From positions 1-26,031 of the forward strand of contig JAJFLU010000057.1 of the NCBI GenBank assembly GCA_021772515.1: a DNA stretch of 26,031 nt, given 5' to 3'. The first letter of the stretch is position 1; each line of letters begins with the position of its first letter. The position numbers and the translations under genes were made by a program. This DNA is from Opitutales bacterium (GTDB taxonomy: Bacteria > Verrucomicrobiota > Verrucomicrobiia > Opitutales > UBA2987). The notes beneath the pieces are model-generated. The model was not told the DNA's origin and ran no database searches. It worked only from the letters and a program-made list of their open reading frames with translations. Positions 1 through 7,934 of the stretch are shown in pieces.

Positions 1-294
1 GCCATGTTCGAGGGTAACGAGCTCAGATAATTCCTCAAAGTTGTCCTCCAACAGCATTCGATACCGGAAAAACAACCTTACTCGCTCCAAAGGAGGTGTT
101 TCGCTCCAGGCGGGAAAAGCATCCTTGGCCGATTGCACCGCGCGATTCACAATATCGGCATCGGCAAGCGGAGTTTCCGAAATCACAGCTCCCGTCGATG
201 GATTATAGACTGGCAAGGTTGGTAAATCTTTACATTCAACCCATTCGCCATCGATAAACATCGGGCAGGGTTTTAAATCAGTGGTTGTCATCAT
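1..294 (-). CDS. mmsA: Aldehyde dehydrogenase, CoA-acylating (methyl)malonate-semialdehyde dehydrogenase-like. Only the N-terminal 98 codons are present; the gene runs off the left edge.
   Basis: Absent from the ORF track because it is edge-truncated. My minus-strand translation from ATG 294 (second ATG at 291) reads MMTTTDLKPCPMFIDGEWVECKDLPTLPVYNPSTGAVISETPLADADIVNRAVQSAKDAFPAWSETPPLERVRLFFRYRMLLEDNFEELSELVTLEHG. The pattern IDGEWV..NP.TG...AF..WS..P..R..LF....LL....L......EHG is typical of the ALDH superfamily, MmsA branch. It lies 99 nt downstream of preA on the same strand. Confidence 0.6.
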   Translation of the reverse strand, partial: MMTTTDLKPCPMFIDGEWVECKDLPTLPVYNPSTGAVISETPLADADIVNRAVQSAKDAFPAWSETPPLERVRLFFRYRMLLEDNFEELSELVTLEHG

Positions 295-393
295 GTTTTT
301 GTTTAACAATTTGGTTGTTTGTAGTGAAAGGATGCGGGCTGCAGGATTTGTGGAAATGAAATGCAAATTGCCATCACCTGTAGCCTCCTAAGA

Positions 394-1707
394 TTAGGGG
401 TGGGGTGGGATCGAAGCCATTTCTCCTTTGGCAAGTCGTTCTTCATACTGTTTCCAGGTAAGAGGTTCTTTGCCGTTGGAAATGGGGGTCATGTTGATGC
501 AATCCTCAACCGGACAAACCAGTGAGCAAAGATTACAGCCCACGCAATCCTCTTCCCGAACCTGCGGAACCGGCTTACCGGGTAGTCGTCCAGGACCGAT
601 GCCATGACGCTCATCGGGTGAGATCAGGTCGATGCACTGGTGTGCGCCATCTTCACAGGCAATGTAACAAAGGTTGCAGCCGATGCACTTCTCATAGTCG
701 ATTCGGGCCACACGTTGATAGTGCAGATCGAGCGTATTCCAATTTTGCACACTGGCCACCGATTTTCCGCTCAGATCGTAAATCGTCTCGAAGCCCTTGG
801 AATCGAGGTAATCATTGAGCCCCTCGATCATATCCTCGACGATGCGGAAACCCCGGTGCATGATCGCGGTGCAGACTTGAAGACTCGTCGAGCCAAGCGC
901 GATAAATTCTGCCGCGTCCCGCCAGGTGCCGATTCCCCCGATACCCGAAATGGGTAGCCCGACATCCGGGTCGGCGGCGCAGCTTTGCACCATGTTCATG
1001 GCGATGGGCTTCACGGCGGGTCCGCAGTAGCCTCCGTGGGTGCTTTGACCGGCCACATACGGCTCGGGCACCAGTGTATCGAGATTTACATTGGTGATGC
1101 TGTTGATGGTGTTAATGAGGGAAATGGCATCTGCGCCCGCCCGCCGGGCAGCTCTTGCCGGAGCCGTAACATCGGTTATATTGGGCGTTAATTTGACGAT
1201 CACCGGAATGGTGGCGACTTCCATCACCCAGCCGGTTATTTCTTCCAACACCTTTGGCTGTTGGCCCACAGCAGAACCCATCCCGCGCTCGCACATGCCG
1301 TGGGGGCATCCGTAGTTAAGCTCGATTCCATCGGCCCCACTATCAGCGGAGCGTTTCACATATTCATGCCATTGCTCCCGCGTATCGACCATCAACGAGG
1401 CGATTACGGCGTGGTTGGGCCAGCGTTTTTTTACCTCGGCGATTTCGCGAAAATTGGTTTCCGGCGAGCGGTCCGTGATCAGCTCGATATTATTAAAACC
1501 AACTATCTGGGCCTGCCCCACATTGAGGGCGGAATACCGCGAAGCCACATTGACTATCGGCTCGCCGATGGTTTTCCAGACCACTCCTCCCCAACCGGCC
1601 TCAAAAGCGCGGTGAGCCTGATAGGCGGAGTTGGCAGGGGGCCCGGAAGCCACCCAAAAAGGATTCGGCGAGGAAATTCCAGCGAAGTTTATGGATAGGT
1701 CAGCCAT
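394..1707 (-). CDS. preA: NAD-dependent dihydropyrimidine dehydrogenase subunit PreA (DHOD-like TIM barrel plus 2x[4Fe-4S] ferredoxin domain)
   Basis: 437-aa ORF. It has a dihydroorotate-dehydrogenase-like N-terminus (NFAGISSPNPFWVASGPP, GADGIELNYGCPHG) and two C-terminal ferredoxin motifs (CIGCNLCYIACEDG, CVGCNLCSLVCP). AAGGAG lies about 11 nt upstream of ATG 1707. It sits directly downstream of preT. Confidence 0.9.
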   Translation of the reverse strand: MADLSINFAGISSPNPFWVASGPPANSAYQAHRAFEAGWGGVVWKTIGEPIVNVASRYSALNVGQAQIVGFNNIELITDRSPETNFREIAEVKKRWPNHAVIASLMVDTREQWHEYVKRSADSGADGIELNYGCPHGMCERGMGSAVGQQPKVLEEITGWVMEVATIPVIVKLTPNITDVTAPARAARRAGADAISLINTINSITNVNLDTLVPEPYVAGQSTHGGYCGPAVKPIAMNMVQSCAADPDVGLPISGIGGIGTWRDAAEFIALGSTSLQVCTAIMHRGFRIVEDMIEGLNDYLDSKGFETIYDLSGKSVASVQNWNTLDLHYQRVARIDYEKCIGCNLCYIACEDGAHQCIDLISPDERHGIGPGRLPGKPVPQVREEDCVGCNLCSLVCPVEDCINMTPISNGKEPLTWKQYEERLAKGEMASIPPHP

Positions 1708-1753
1708 TAGTTATTTTTCTCCTTGGGCTCAAAGAATGTATATCCCTTTTTAC

Positions 1754-3187
1754 TCACTGCTCGGTTACACGGATAGGGTTAATGAAACCGGAACCACTGG
1801 GAGCGCCATCGACTCCCAACCGGGATGGCTGCACAGGTGATTCCGCGCTGGCTCCAGAAAGATAAGAGTGGATGCCCCTGGCTCCCTTGATTCCCTCGGC
1901 CACCGCATTGACCACCTCACGGCCGCCATTAGCGCAATCACCACCGCAAAAAACCTTCTCTACACTGGTTTGTCCTGTTGCGGGATCAAGTTTTACGGTG
2001 CCATTGGCATTCATCTCCATATCGGGAAAAAGGGAGCTCAGCATCTCGACCTGTTTTTTGCTGCCCACTGCCTTTAAAACCATATCGCAGGGAAAGGAAA
2101 ATTCACTACCGGCAATTGCCTCGGGTCGGCCATTGGGTCCCGGTTGGGATTTTTGCAGGACAAGAGAGGAAACGCGGCCCTCATCATTGGCCACAACCTC
2201 CTTTAGCAGTGTGTGGAAAAGAAATTCGCCCCCATCGGTTTTGGCCAGATCGAACTCGAAATCGTAGGCCGGCATGTCCGTTTCGCCTCGGCGGTAGATT
2301 ATGGTGGTAATATTGGCCCCCAGCCGTTTGCTTTGGGTGAGTGCGTCGATGGCCGTATTGCCACAGCCGATTACGGCAACATTGTCTCCCACGGGAACTT
2401 CGTGCAGGGGATCGGAGTGAATTTGCGCTATAAAATCCAGCGCATCGATCACCTCCGGTAAATCCTCCCCTGGAACATTCAACTGGTGGCTTTTGCCAAG
2501 ACCGATACCGAGAAATACCGCGTCGAAATCTTCCTTCAATTGGCTCGTTGAAATATCTATGCCAACCTGCACCCCACAGCGAATTTCCACGCCGAGGCCC
2601 TTGATCATCTCGATTTCTCCGAGACTGATCGCCGGGGTCATTTTGTAATAGGCAATGCCATAGGTATTCAGGCCGCCGGGAAGCTCCTCCTTCTCAAAAA
2701 TCACTGCCTCGTGCCCCAATTGGGCAAGTTCCGCCGCGCAGCCCAAACCTGCGGGGCCACTCCCGATAATGGCAACCTTTTTGCCCGATTTCTCCGCCGG
2801 GGCTTCGAGCACATCGATATGGTTGCTGTAAACATGATCGGTGGCATACCTTTGCAGACGGCCAATTTTTACCGGATCACCCTCACGGGTTAGCACCACG
2901 CAGGCGCCCTCGCAGAGGACATTCGTGGGGCAAACCTGAGCGCAACTGGCCCCCAGAGGATTTGCCCTGAGAATTGTTCGGGCCGAGGCCACCGGGCTGC
3001 CCGAGGCTATTTTCTTGATAAAGGAAGGGATGTCGATGCCGGTGGGACATGCCATGATACAAGGGGCGTCAAAACAAAAGAGGCAGCGGTTCGCCTCAAT
3101 GATTGCCTCCTGTTTCGAAAAAGGAGGTTTGTAGCCCGTCATATTCTCCTCGGCTTGGGCGGGATTTAGTTTTATTCCGACGGCCAT
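1754..3187 (-). CDS. preT: Dihydropyrimidine dehydrogenase subunit PreT (glutamate-synthase small-subunit-like NAD(P)H oxidoreductase)
   Basis: 477-aa ORF. It has an N-terminal Cys-rich Fe-S region (CLFCFDAPCIMACP, CAQVCPTNVLCEGAC) and two dinucleotide-binding GxGxxG motifs (VAIIGSGPAGLGCA, VAVIGCGNTAID). An alternative start is ATG 3142 (MTGYKPP) just after GAGGAG. There are 46 nt between its stop and the preA start. Confidence 0.88.
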   Translation of the reverse strand: MAVGIKLNPAQAEENMTGYKPPFSKQEAIIEANRCLFCFDAPCIMACPTGIDIPSFIKKIASGSPVASARTILRANPLGASCAQVCPTNVLCEGACVVLTREGDPVKIGRLQRYATDHVYSNHIDVLEAPAEKSGKKVAIIGSGPAGLGCAAELAQLGHEAVIFEKEELPGGLNTYGIAYYKMTPAISLGEIEMIKGLGVEIRCGVQVGIDISTSQLKEDFDAVFLGIGLGKSHQLNVPGEDLPEVIDALDFIAQIHSDPLHEVPVGDNVAVIGCGNTAIDALTQSKRLGANITTIIYRRGETDMPAYDFEFDLAKTDGGEFLFHTLLKEVVANDEGRVSSLVLQKSQPGPNGRPEAIAGSEFSFPCDMVLKAVGSKKQVEMLSSLFPDMEMNANGTVKLDPATGQTSVEKVFCGGDCANGGREVVNAVAEGIKGARGIHSYLSGASAESPVQPSRLGVDGAPSGSGFINPIRVTEQ

Positions 3188-3334
3188 ATGCTTAAAATTT
3201 TTGTGGTCTTATCTTGTTTTGTTGCTATATAAAATGCCTTTACCCACTAAAATAGAATACGCTAGAACTGAAACAAATTATTTGCAAGAGCGGAGTTGAT
3301 TCCGCTTTTGCCCCAAAAAACAGGAGACTCAATT
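3188..3334. promoter_or_regulatory. Divergent intergenic region between preT (minus) and beta-ureidopropionase (plus); presumed bidirectional promoter/operator region
   Basis: Inferred only from the divergent start codons 147 nt apart. It contains a small palindrome AGCGGA-N6-TCCGCT (3289-3306). No consensus promoter is claimed. Confidence 0.35.
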
Positions 3335-4204
3335 ATGGCACGTATCGTACGGGGAGGTTTAATACAAACGACGGTTACACACGAGGGCGACTCACCCATC
3401 GATGAAATCAAGGCCGCGATGATCGAGAAACACATGCGGATGATCGAGGACGCGGCTGCCAAAGGCTGTCATGTCGTTTGTTTGCAGGAAATTTTCTACG
3501 GACCCTATTTCTGCTGTGAACAGGATATCCGGTGGTATGACAGCACGGAACAAATACCCGACGGCCCCACCACACAGTTGATGATGGAAACCGCACGGCG
3601 CCTCGGCATTGTAATAATTGTGCCGATTTATGAGGTTGAGCAGACCGGTGTTTACTACAACACCGCCTCTGTTATCGATGCCGATGGCGCCTACTTGGGC
3701 AAATACCGCAAAAACCACATTCCCCATGTGAATCCCGGTTTCTGGGAGAAGTTTTATTTCAAACCCGGTAACCTCGGTTATCCCGTTTTTGAAACGGCCG
3801 TCGGGAAGGTTGGAGTCTATATTTGCTATGATCGGCATTTCCCGGATGGCGCTCGCTGCCTTGGTTTGAACGGCGCCGAAATCGTATTCAACCCCTCCGC
3901 TACGGTGGCCGGATTGAGCGAATACCTCTGGAAACTGGAACAACCCGCCCATGCCGCCGCCAATGGATACTTTATTGGCGCCATAAACCGGGTGGGTTTC
4001 GAAAAACCGTGGAATATGGGCGAATTTTACGGCCAATCCTATTTCTGTGACCCCCGTGGCCAGATTTTTGCCATTGGCAGTCGGGATAAAGATGAAGTAG
4101 TCGTCGCGGACTTCGATTTGGATATGATTCGCGAGGTCCGCAACACCTGGCAATTTTACCGTGACCGCAGACCCGAAACCTACGGAGCTATTACTCAACT
4201 TTAG
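3335..4204 (+). CDS. Beta-ureidopropionase / N-carbamoyl-beta-alanine amidohydrolase (nitrilase superfamily C-N hydrolase)
   Basis: Sequence contexts of the nitrilase Glu-Lys-Cys triad are present (VCLQEIF, YRKNHIP, VYICYDRHFPD). I prefer ATG 3335 (MARIVRGGLIQ), which is preceded by AGGAG at 3322-3326, over the track start 3296. The specific product is inferred from its position next to preTA; N-carbamoylputrescine amidase is the main alternative. Confidence 0.78.
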   Translation: MARIVRGGLIQTTVTHEGDSPIDEIKAAMIEKHMRMIEDAAAKGCHVVCLQEIFYGPYFCCEQDIRWYDSTEQIPDGPTTQLMMETARRLGIVIIVPIYEVEQTGVYYNTASVIDADGAYLGKYRKNHIPHVNPGFWEKFYFKPGNLGYPVFETAVGKVGVYICYDRHFPDGARCLGLNGAEIVFNPSATVAGLSEYLWKLEQPAHAAANGYFIGAINRVGFEKPWNMGEFYGQSYFCDPRGQIFAIGSRDKDEVVVADFDLDMIREVRNTWQFYRDRRPETYGAITQL

Positions 4205-4229
4205 TTGGAGTTCTGCTTCAATTCCGAAG

Positions 4230-6044
4230 GTGAAAGCATATATCTTTGGGGTAATTTTTGGCCTGATGGCTCTGAGTGCCTTCGCGGAGCGCGCTCCCAT
4301 AGCCATTGATGGCGTGTTTGAAGATTGGGCCGATGTGCCTGTTGCGTATTCCGATGCAGAGGACCAAGTGGGCGCTGGACAAGTCGATTTCCTCAATCTT
4401 TGGCTGGCCGACGATGAGGATTTCCTTTTTTTCCGGCTCGAATCGGCTCAGGAGTTCGACTCCAGCGAAAACAATCAGGTAATCCTTTATATTGATGCCG
4501 ATGACAACCCTGCAACCGGTCTGGCAATCGGGGGCATCGGTGCCGAGGTGGAGTGGCGGCTGGGAAGTCGGCGCGGTACTGTTTACCTCACTGGAGGCGG
4601 CACGGTGTCATTCAACTACCGGGATATTCGTTTTCGGGGCGCTCCCACCGTGGATGCCCTGGAATTCGAGTTTGCCGTAGGAAGGAATGAGATTATCGCC
4701 GAGACAGGCTTTACCATGCGCATCCTGTGGCTCGATGAGGGCAGTGGCGATACCCTCCCCGACAGCGGCGAAACCCTCAGCTACACATTCGACGAGGGAA
4801 ATGCTTTACCTCCTCTCAATCTGCTCTCATTCGAGCGTGACAAGCTGGAAGATCTGCGCATTGCCACCTACAATGTTCTTTTCGACAATCTTTTTAATCC
4901 CAACGCGCAGCCGGGATTTAGGAGGCAGATTCAGGCGGTTGCCCCGGACATTATCAATTTCCAGGAAATTTTTAGCAACACCGCAGCCGATACGAGAAAT
5001 CTGATTTCCCAGTGGCTGCCTCTGCCCGAGGGCGAAAGTTGGCATGTGGACGGAGGATTTGTACCCAATAACGATACCATAACGGTCAGTCGCTACCCAA
5101 TATTGGATACTTGGCAGCTTTTTGGCTCAAATACCACGACTGGAAATCTGGCGGTTCTCCTCGATACGGAAGCTGCTCTCGAGCGTAAGCTACTCCTGAT
5201 TAACGCCCACCTGCCTTCCGGCTCCAACGAGACTGCCAGACAGCAGGAGATCGATTTGATTATGGCTTTCATCCGCGATGCCAAGGAGGAGGGTGGGGTA
5301 GTCACGGTGGAACCCGATACGCCGATAGTTGTTGTTGGGGATCTGAACCTCGTGGGCCGTTCCCAGCAATTGCAAACCCTCCTCGATGGTGATATTCAGG
5401 ATGAGACAACCTTTGGGTCAGATGTATTTCCCGATTGGGATGGAAGCAATCTGACCGACCTCATTTCCCGCCACACCGATGCCCCCATGGGCTACACGTG
5501 GCGCAATGACGGCGAATCATTGGGGTTTTGGCCCGGCCATCTGGATTTTGTCATTTATTCGGACAGTGTTCTCGAAACCGGCAATCACTTTATTGTTTAC
5601 ACTCCTGATATGTCTTCTGATCGGTTATCAACCTATGGCCTTTCAGGTGGTGATTCCAATGTATCCGACCACATGATGGTAGTTGGCGATTTTCGAATTC
5701 CCGCCGTGGATGTGTTGGGAGGAACGGATATTACCTCCGTTCCAGGTTGGCGTCGTTCACCTTGGTATGGGGACTATTATGTCGGATCATACCCCTGGAT
5801 TTTTCACAATGAGCACGGCTGGCAATGGATCTACCCCGGCAGCACCAGCGATATAGTTTACATATTTGACCACGGATTCGACCAATGGCTCTTTACCAAC
5901 GAATCGGTCTATCGCTTTATGTTTGTATTCGGGCCTCCCGGTGAAGAAGCCTGGATTTGGTCCTTCCCGGACAATACACCGGAACTACGCCATTTTTTCA
6001 ATTTCGGAACCGACCAACTCTTTTCAATTCCTCCCCAAAATTAG
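4230..6044 (+). CDS. Secreted multidomain endonuclease/exonuclease/phosphatase (EEP) family protein
   Basis: The track ORF 4161-6044 overlaps the upstream gene. An internal GTG at 4230 gives MKAYIFGVIFGLMALSAFA|ERAP, a classical Sec leader. The central EEP signatures are LRIATYNVLFDN, INFQEIF, VVVGDLNLVG and SDHMMVVGDF. The N-terminal ~200 aa (IDGVFEDWADVP...) and the aromatic-rich C-terminal ~100 aa are additional domains. The start codon is uncertain (4161 vs 4230). Confidence 0.75.
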   Translation: MKAYIFGVIFGLMALSAFAERAPIAIDGVFEDWADVPVAYSDAEDQVGAGQVDFLNLWLADDEDFLFFRLESAQEFDSSENNQVILYIDADDNPATGLAIGGIGAEVEWRLGSRRGTVYLTGGGTVSFNYRDIRFRGAPTVDALEFEFAVGRNEIIAETGFTMRILWLDEGSGDTLPDSGETLSYTFDEGNALPPLNLLSFERDKLEDLRIATYNVLFDNLFNPNAQPGFRRQIQAVAPDIINFQEIFSNTAADTRNLISQWLPLPEGESWHVDGGFVPNNDTITVSRYPILDTWQLFGSNTTTGNLAVLLDTEAALERKLLLINAHLPSGSNETARQQEIDLIMAFIRDAKEEGGVVTVEPDTPIVVVGDLNLVGRSQQLQTLLDGDIQDETTFGSDVFPDWDGSNLTDLISRHTDAPMGYTWRNDGESLGFWPGHLDFVIYSDSVLETGNHFIVYTPDMSSDRLSTYGLSGGDSNVSDHMMVVGDFRIPAVDVLGGTDITSVPGWRRSPWYGDYYVGSYPWIFHNEHGWQWIYPGSTSDIVYIFDHGFDQWLFTNESVYRFMFVFGPPGEEAWIWSFPDNTPELRHFFNFGTDQLFSIPPQN

Positions 6045-6922
6045 CCGGAATCACCGACCTCCTCAGAGTAGAGCTTGTAAAGAGCCTGAGTTCCGAAATC
6101 CTCGCCGCCACTTGAAGCAAGGATCTGATAGAGCTTGTGGGCGAGGGTCAGACCGGGCAGGTCCATCTCCAGTTCACGGGCTGACTCCAGCGCGATGCCC
6201 ATGTCTTTTATGAAATGCTTCACGTAGAAACCGGGTGCGAAATCCCCCTTGATAAAACGAGGCGCCAAATTGCTCAAGGACCAGCTTCCCGCGGCGCCGT
6301 TTTCAATGGTCGCGATAACCTCCATCGGGTCGAGATTTGCTTTTTTGGCATAGGCCATAGCTTCGCAAATGCCCATCATTCCGGCGGCGATCGCAATCTG
6401 GTTGCTCATTTTGGTGTGTTGTCCGGCGCCCGCAGGCCCAAGTAAACCAATATTTTTGCCCATCAATGCGAACAATGGCTTGACCCGTTTAAAAACGGCT
6501 TCATCGCCCCCCACCATGATCGAGAGACGCGCTTCACGAGCCCCGATATCGCCACCCGAAACCGGAGCGTCCAGAGCGCCAATACCTTTTTCCGCCGCTT
6601 TTTCACAAATTTGGGCGGCTAGCTTTGGACTCGACGTGGTCATATCGACTACTACTGAACCGGCCCGAGCGTTTGCCAAAATACCATCTTCGCCCAAAAA
6701 AACCGCTTCAACATCCGCGGGAAAACCGACTATGGTTATGATAATGTCCGAGTTTGCAGCCACTTCTCCCGGCGAATCCCGCCAGATTGCGCCTTTTTCG
6801 ACCAAAGAATCGGCGCGTGACTTTGTCCGGTTAAAAACATTGAGCGAATAGCCGGCATTGAGCAAGTGCCCGGCCATGCTGCGCCCCATGACGCCCGTTC
6901 CAATAAATCCGATGGTTTCCAT
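6041..6922 (-). CDS. NAD(P)-dependent beta-hydroxyacid dehydrogenase (3-hydroxyisobutyrate / tartronate-semialdehyde / threonate dehydrogenase family)
   Basis: It starts METIGFIGTGVMGRSMAGHL (GxGxxG at the N-terminus) and has the family Lys context GAGQHTKMSNQ. ATG 6922 overlaps the TAA of the upstream DUF62 gene by 1 nt (TAATG). The track start 6952 would lie inside the upstream gene. Its stop overlaps the convergent EEP stop (6041-6044). Confidence 0.8.
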   Translation of the reverse strand: METIGFIGTGVMGRSMAGHLLNAGYSLNVFNRTKSRADSLVEKGAIWRDSPGEVAANSDIIITIVGFPADVEAVFLGEDGILANARAGSVVVDMTTSSPKLAAQICEKAAEKGIGALDAPVSGGDIGAREARLSIMVGGDEAVFKRVKPLFALMGKNIGLLGPAGAGQHTKMSNQIAIAAGMMGICEAMAYAKKANLDPMEVIATIENGAAGSWSLSNLAPRFIKGDFAPGFYVKHFIKDMGIALESARELEMDLPGLTLAHKLYQILASSGGEDFGTQALYKLYSEEVGDSG

Positions 6923-7911
6923 TATTTTGCCTTTCGTATTTCGATGGTCCAACCGGAGCCCGATTCGATGCCGTATCGTTGGGAGAAATTTCCCAAATTG
7001 ATGGATAGTTCCATATAGTAATTGGAGTTTGAATACAACAGAGGTTCGCCCTTGGAGACATCACCAAACGTTTTTACATAGGGCAGATTTTCCGAGTATA
7101 GAATCTCGCCGTTATGTTTAACCGTAATATCAGCGTGATCCTCCAACCGGACTAGACCGAGTTTTTCAAAGGTTTCAGTCGAAATATTTGTCCCCACATT
7201 TCCAAAGGAATCCACCGAGGTGAGGGTTCCTGAAATAACTCCTTCACTTATGGTGGCCTCCGTAATTTTTTCCAATTGAACGACCTTTGGTTCAAGCAGC
7301 GGCCCCACTTGCTCGTAGGTGATAACTCCAGAGGCCAATCGCGCTCCGGTGAAGGAATAAACATCGCGACCATGAAAGGTGTGGGCTTCTCCAGTTCCCT
7401 TGCGCCGGTTGACCGATTCGTCGATTTCCCTGACCGCCGTAATTCCCAATTCTTGAGCCACCATATCGAGACTTCCATTGTCGGGGCTGACAAAGTAGTG
7501 ACCGCTTTTGGTTTTCAAAACCACTGATCGCCGCACCGTGCCCACACCCGGATCGACGACCGAGACAAAGACCGTCCCACTCGGCCAAACGAGAGCGTTC
7601 TCAAGCAGACTCCGGGCGGCCTCGCGGGTGTCGAATTGTGTGATATTATGGCGAATATCGAAAATTTGGAGATCCGTATCGACGCTATGGGCGACCCCGC
7701 GCATGATGGACGCATAACTATCAGTCACTCCGAAATCGGATTGAAAAACGACCGCTGATTTTCCATTGAGAGGGCTGGCATTCATCGTTACAAAAAGTAA
7801 GAAAACATAGAGAGCGGCCATTAATTGCCAACGCTTTTGCCGGGTGGCGTAGGCTGTTGATATTTTTTGCCCATAATTCAAATTCTTCATGCGCAAAATG
7901 CTATGCGACAC
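6922..7911 (-). CDS. DUF62 family protein (SAM hydroxide adenosyltransferase / chlorinase-fluorinase fold) with N-terminal signal peptide or anchor; paralog 1
   Basis: DUF62 motifs are present: VVFQSDFGVTDSYASIMRGV, DIRHNI, VSVVDPGVGTVRR, HTFHGRDVYSF, and DSFGNVGTNI in the C-terminal domain. The N-terminus reads RQKRWQLMAALYVFLLFVTMNASPLNG before the catalytic domain. Track start 7911 is GTG; ATG 7890 (MKNLNYG) is an alternative. Confidence 0.8.
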   Translation of the reverse strand: MSHSILRMKNLNYGQKISTAYATRQKRWQLMAALYVFLLFVTMNASPLNGKSAVVFQSDFGVTDSYASIMRGVAHSVDTDLQIFDIRHNITQFDTREAARSLLENALVWPSGTVFVSVVDPGVGTVRRSVVLKTKSGHYFVSPDNGSLDMVAQELGITAVREIDESVNRRKGTGEAHTFHGRDVYSFTGARLASGVITYEQVGPLLEPKVVQLEKITEATISEGVISGTLTSVDSFGNVGTNISTETFEKLGLVRLEDHADITVKHNGEILYSENLPYVKTFGDVSKGEPLLYSNSNYYMELSINLGNFSQRYGIESGSGWTIEIRKAK

Positions 7912-7934
7912 TTCGGAGTCAATGCAAGCATTGC

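Noticed and set aside
3289-3306. Hairpin/palindrome AGCGGA-GTTGAT-TCCGCT followed by TTTTG just upstream of the beta-ureidopropionase RBS, considered as an attenuator or terminator
   Set aside because: The stem is only 6 bp and there is no supporting alternative structure. It could equally be an operator half-site pair. The evidence is insufficient, so it is noted only inside the intergenic feature.
3392-4396. 334-aa minus-strand ORF
   Set aside because: It is fully antisense to the motif-supported beta-ureidopropionase gene. It has no recognisable motifs and is a typical shadow ORF of a GC-balanced coding region.
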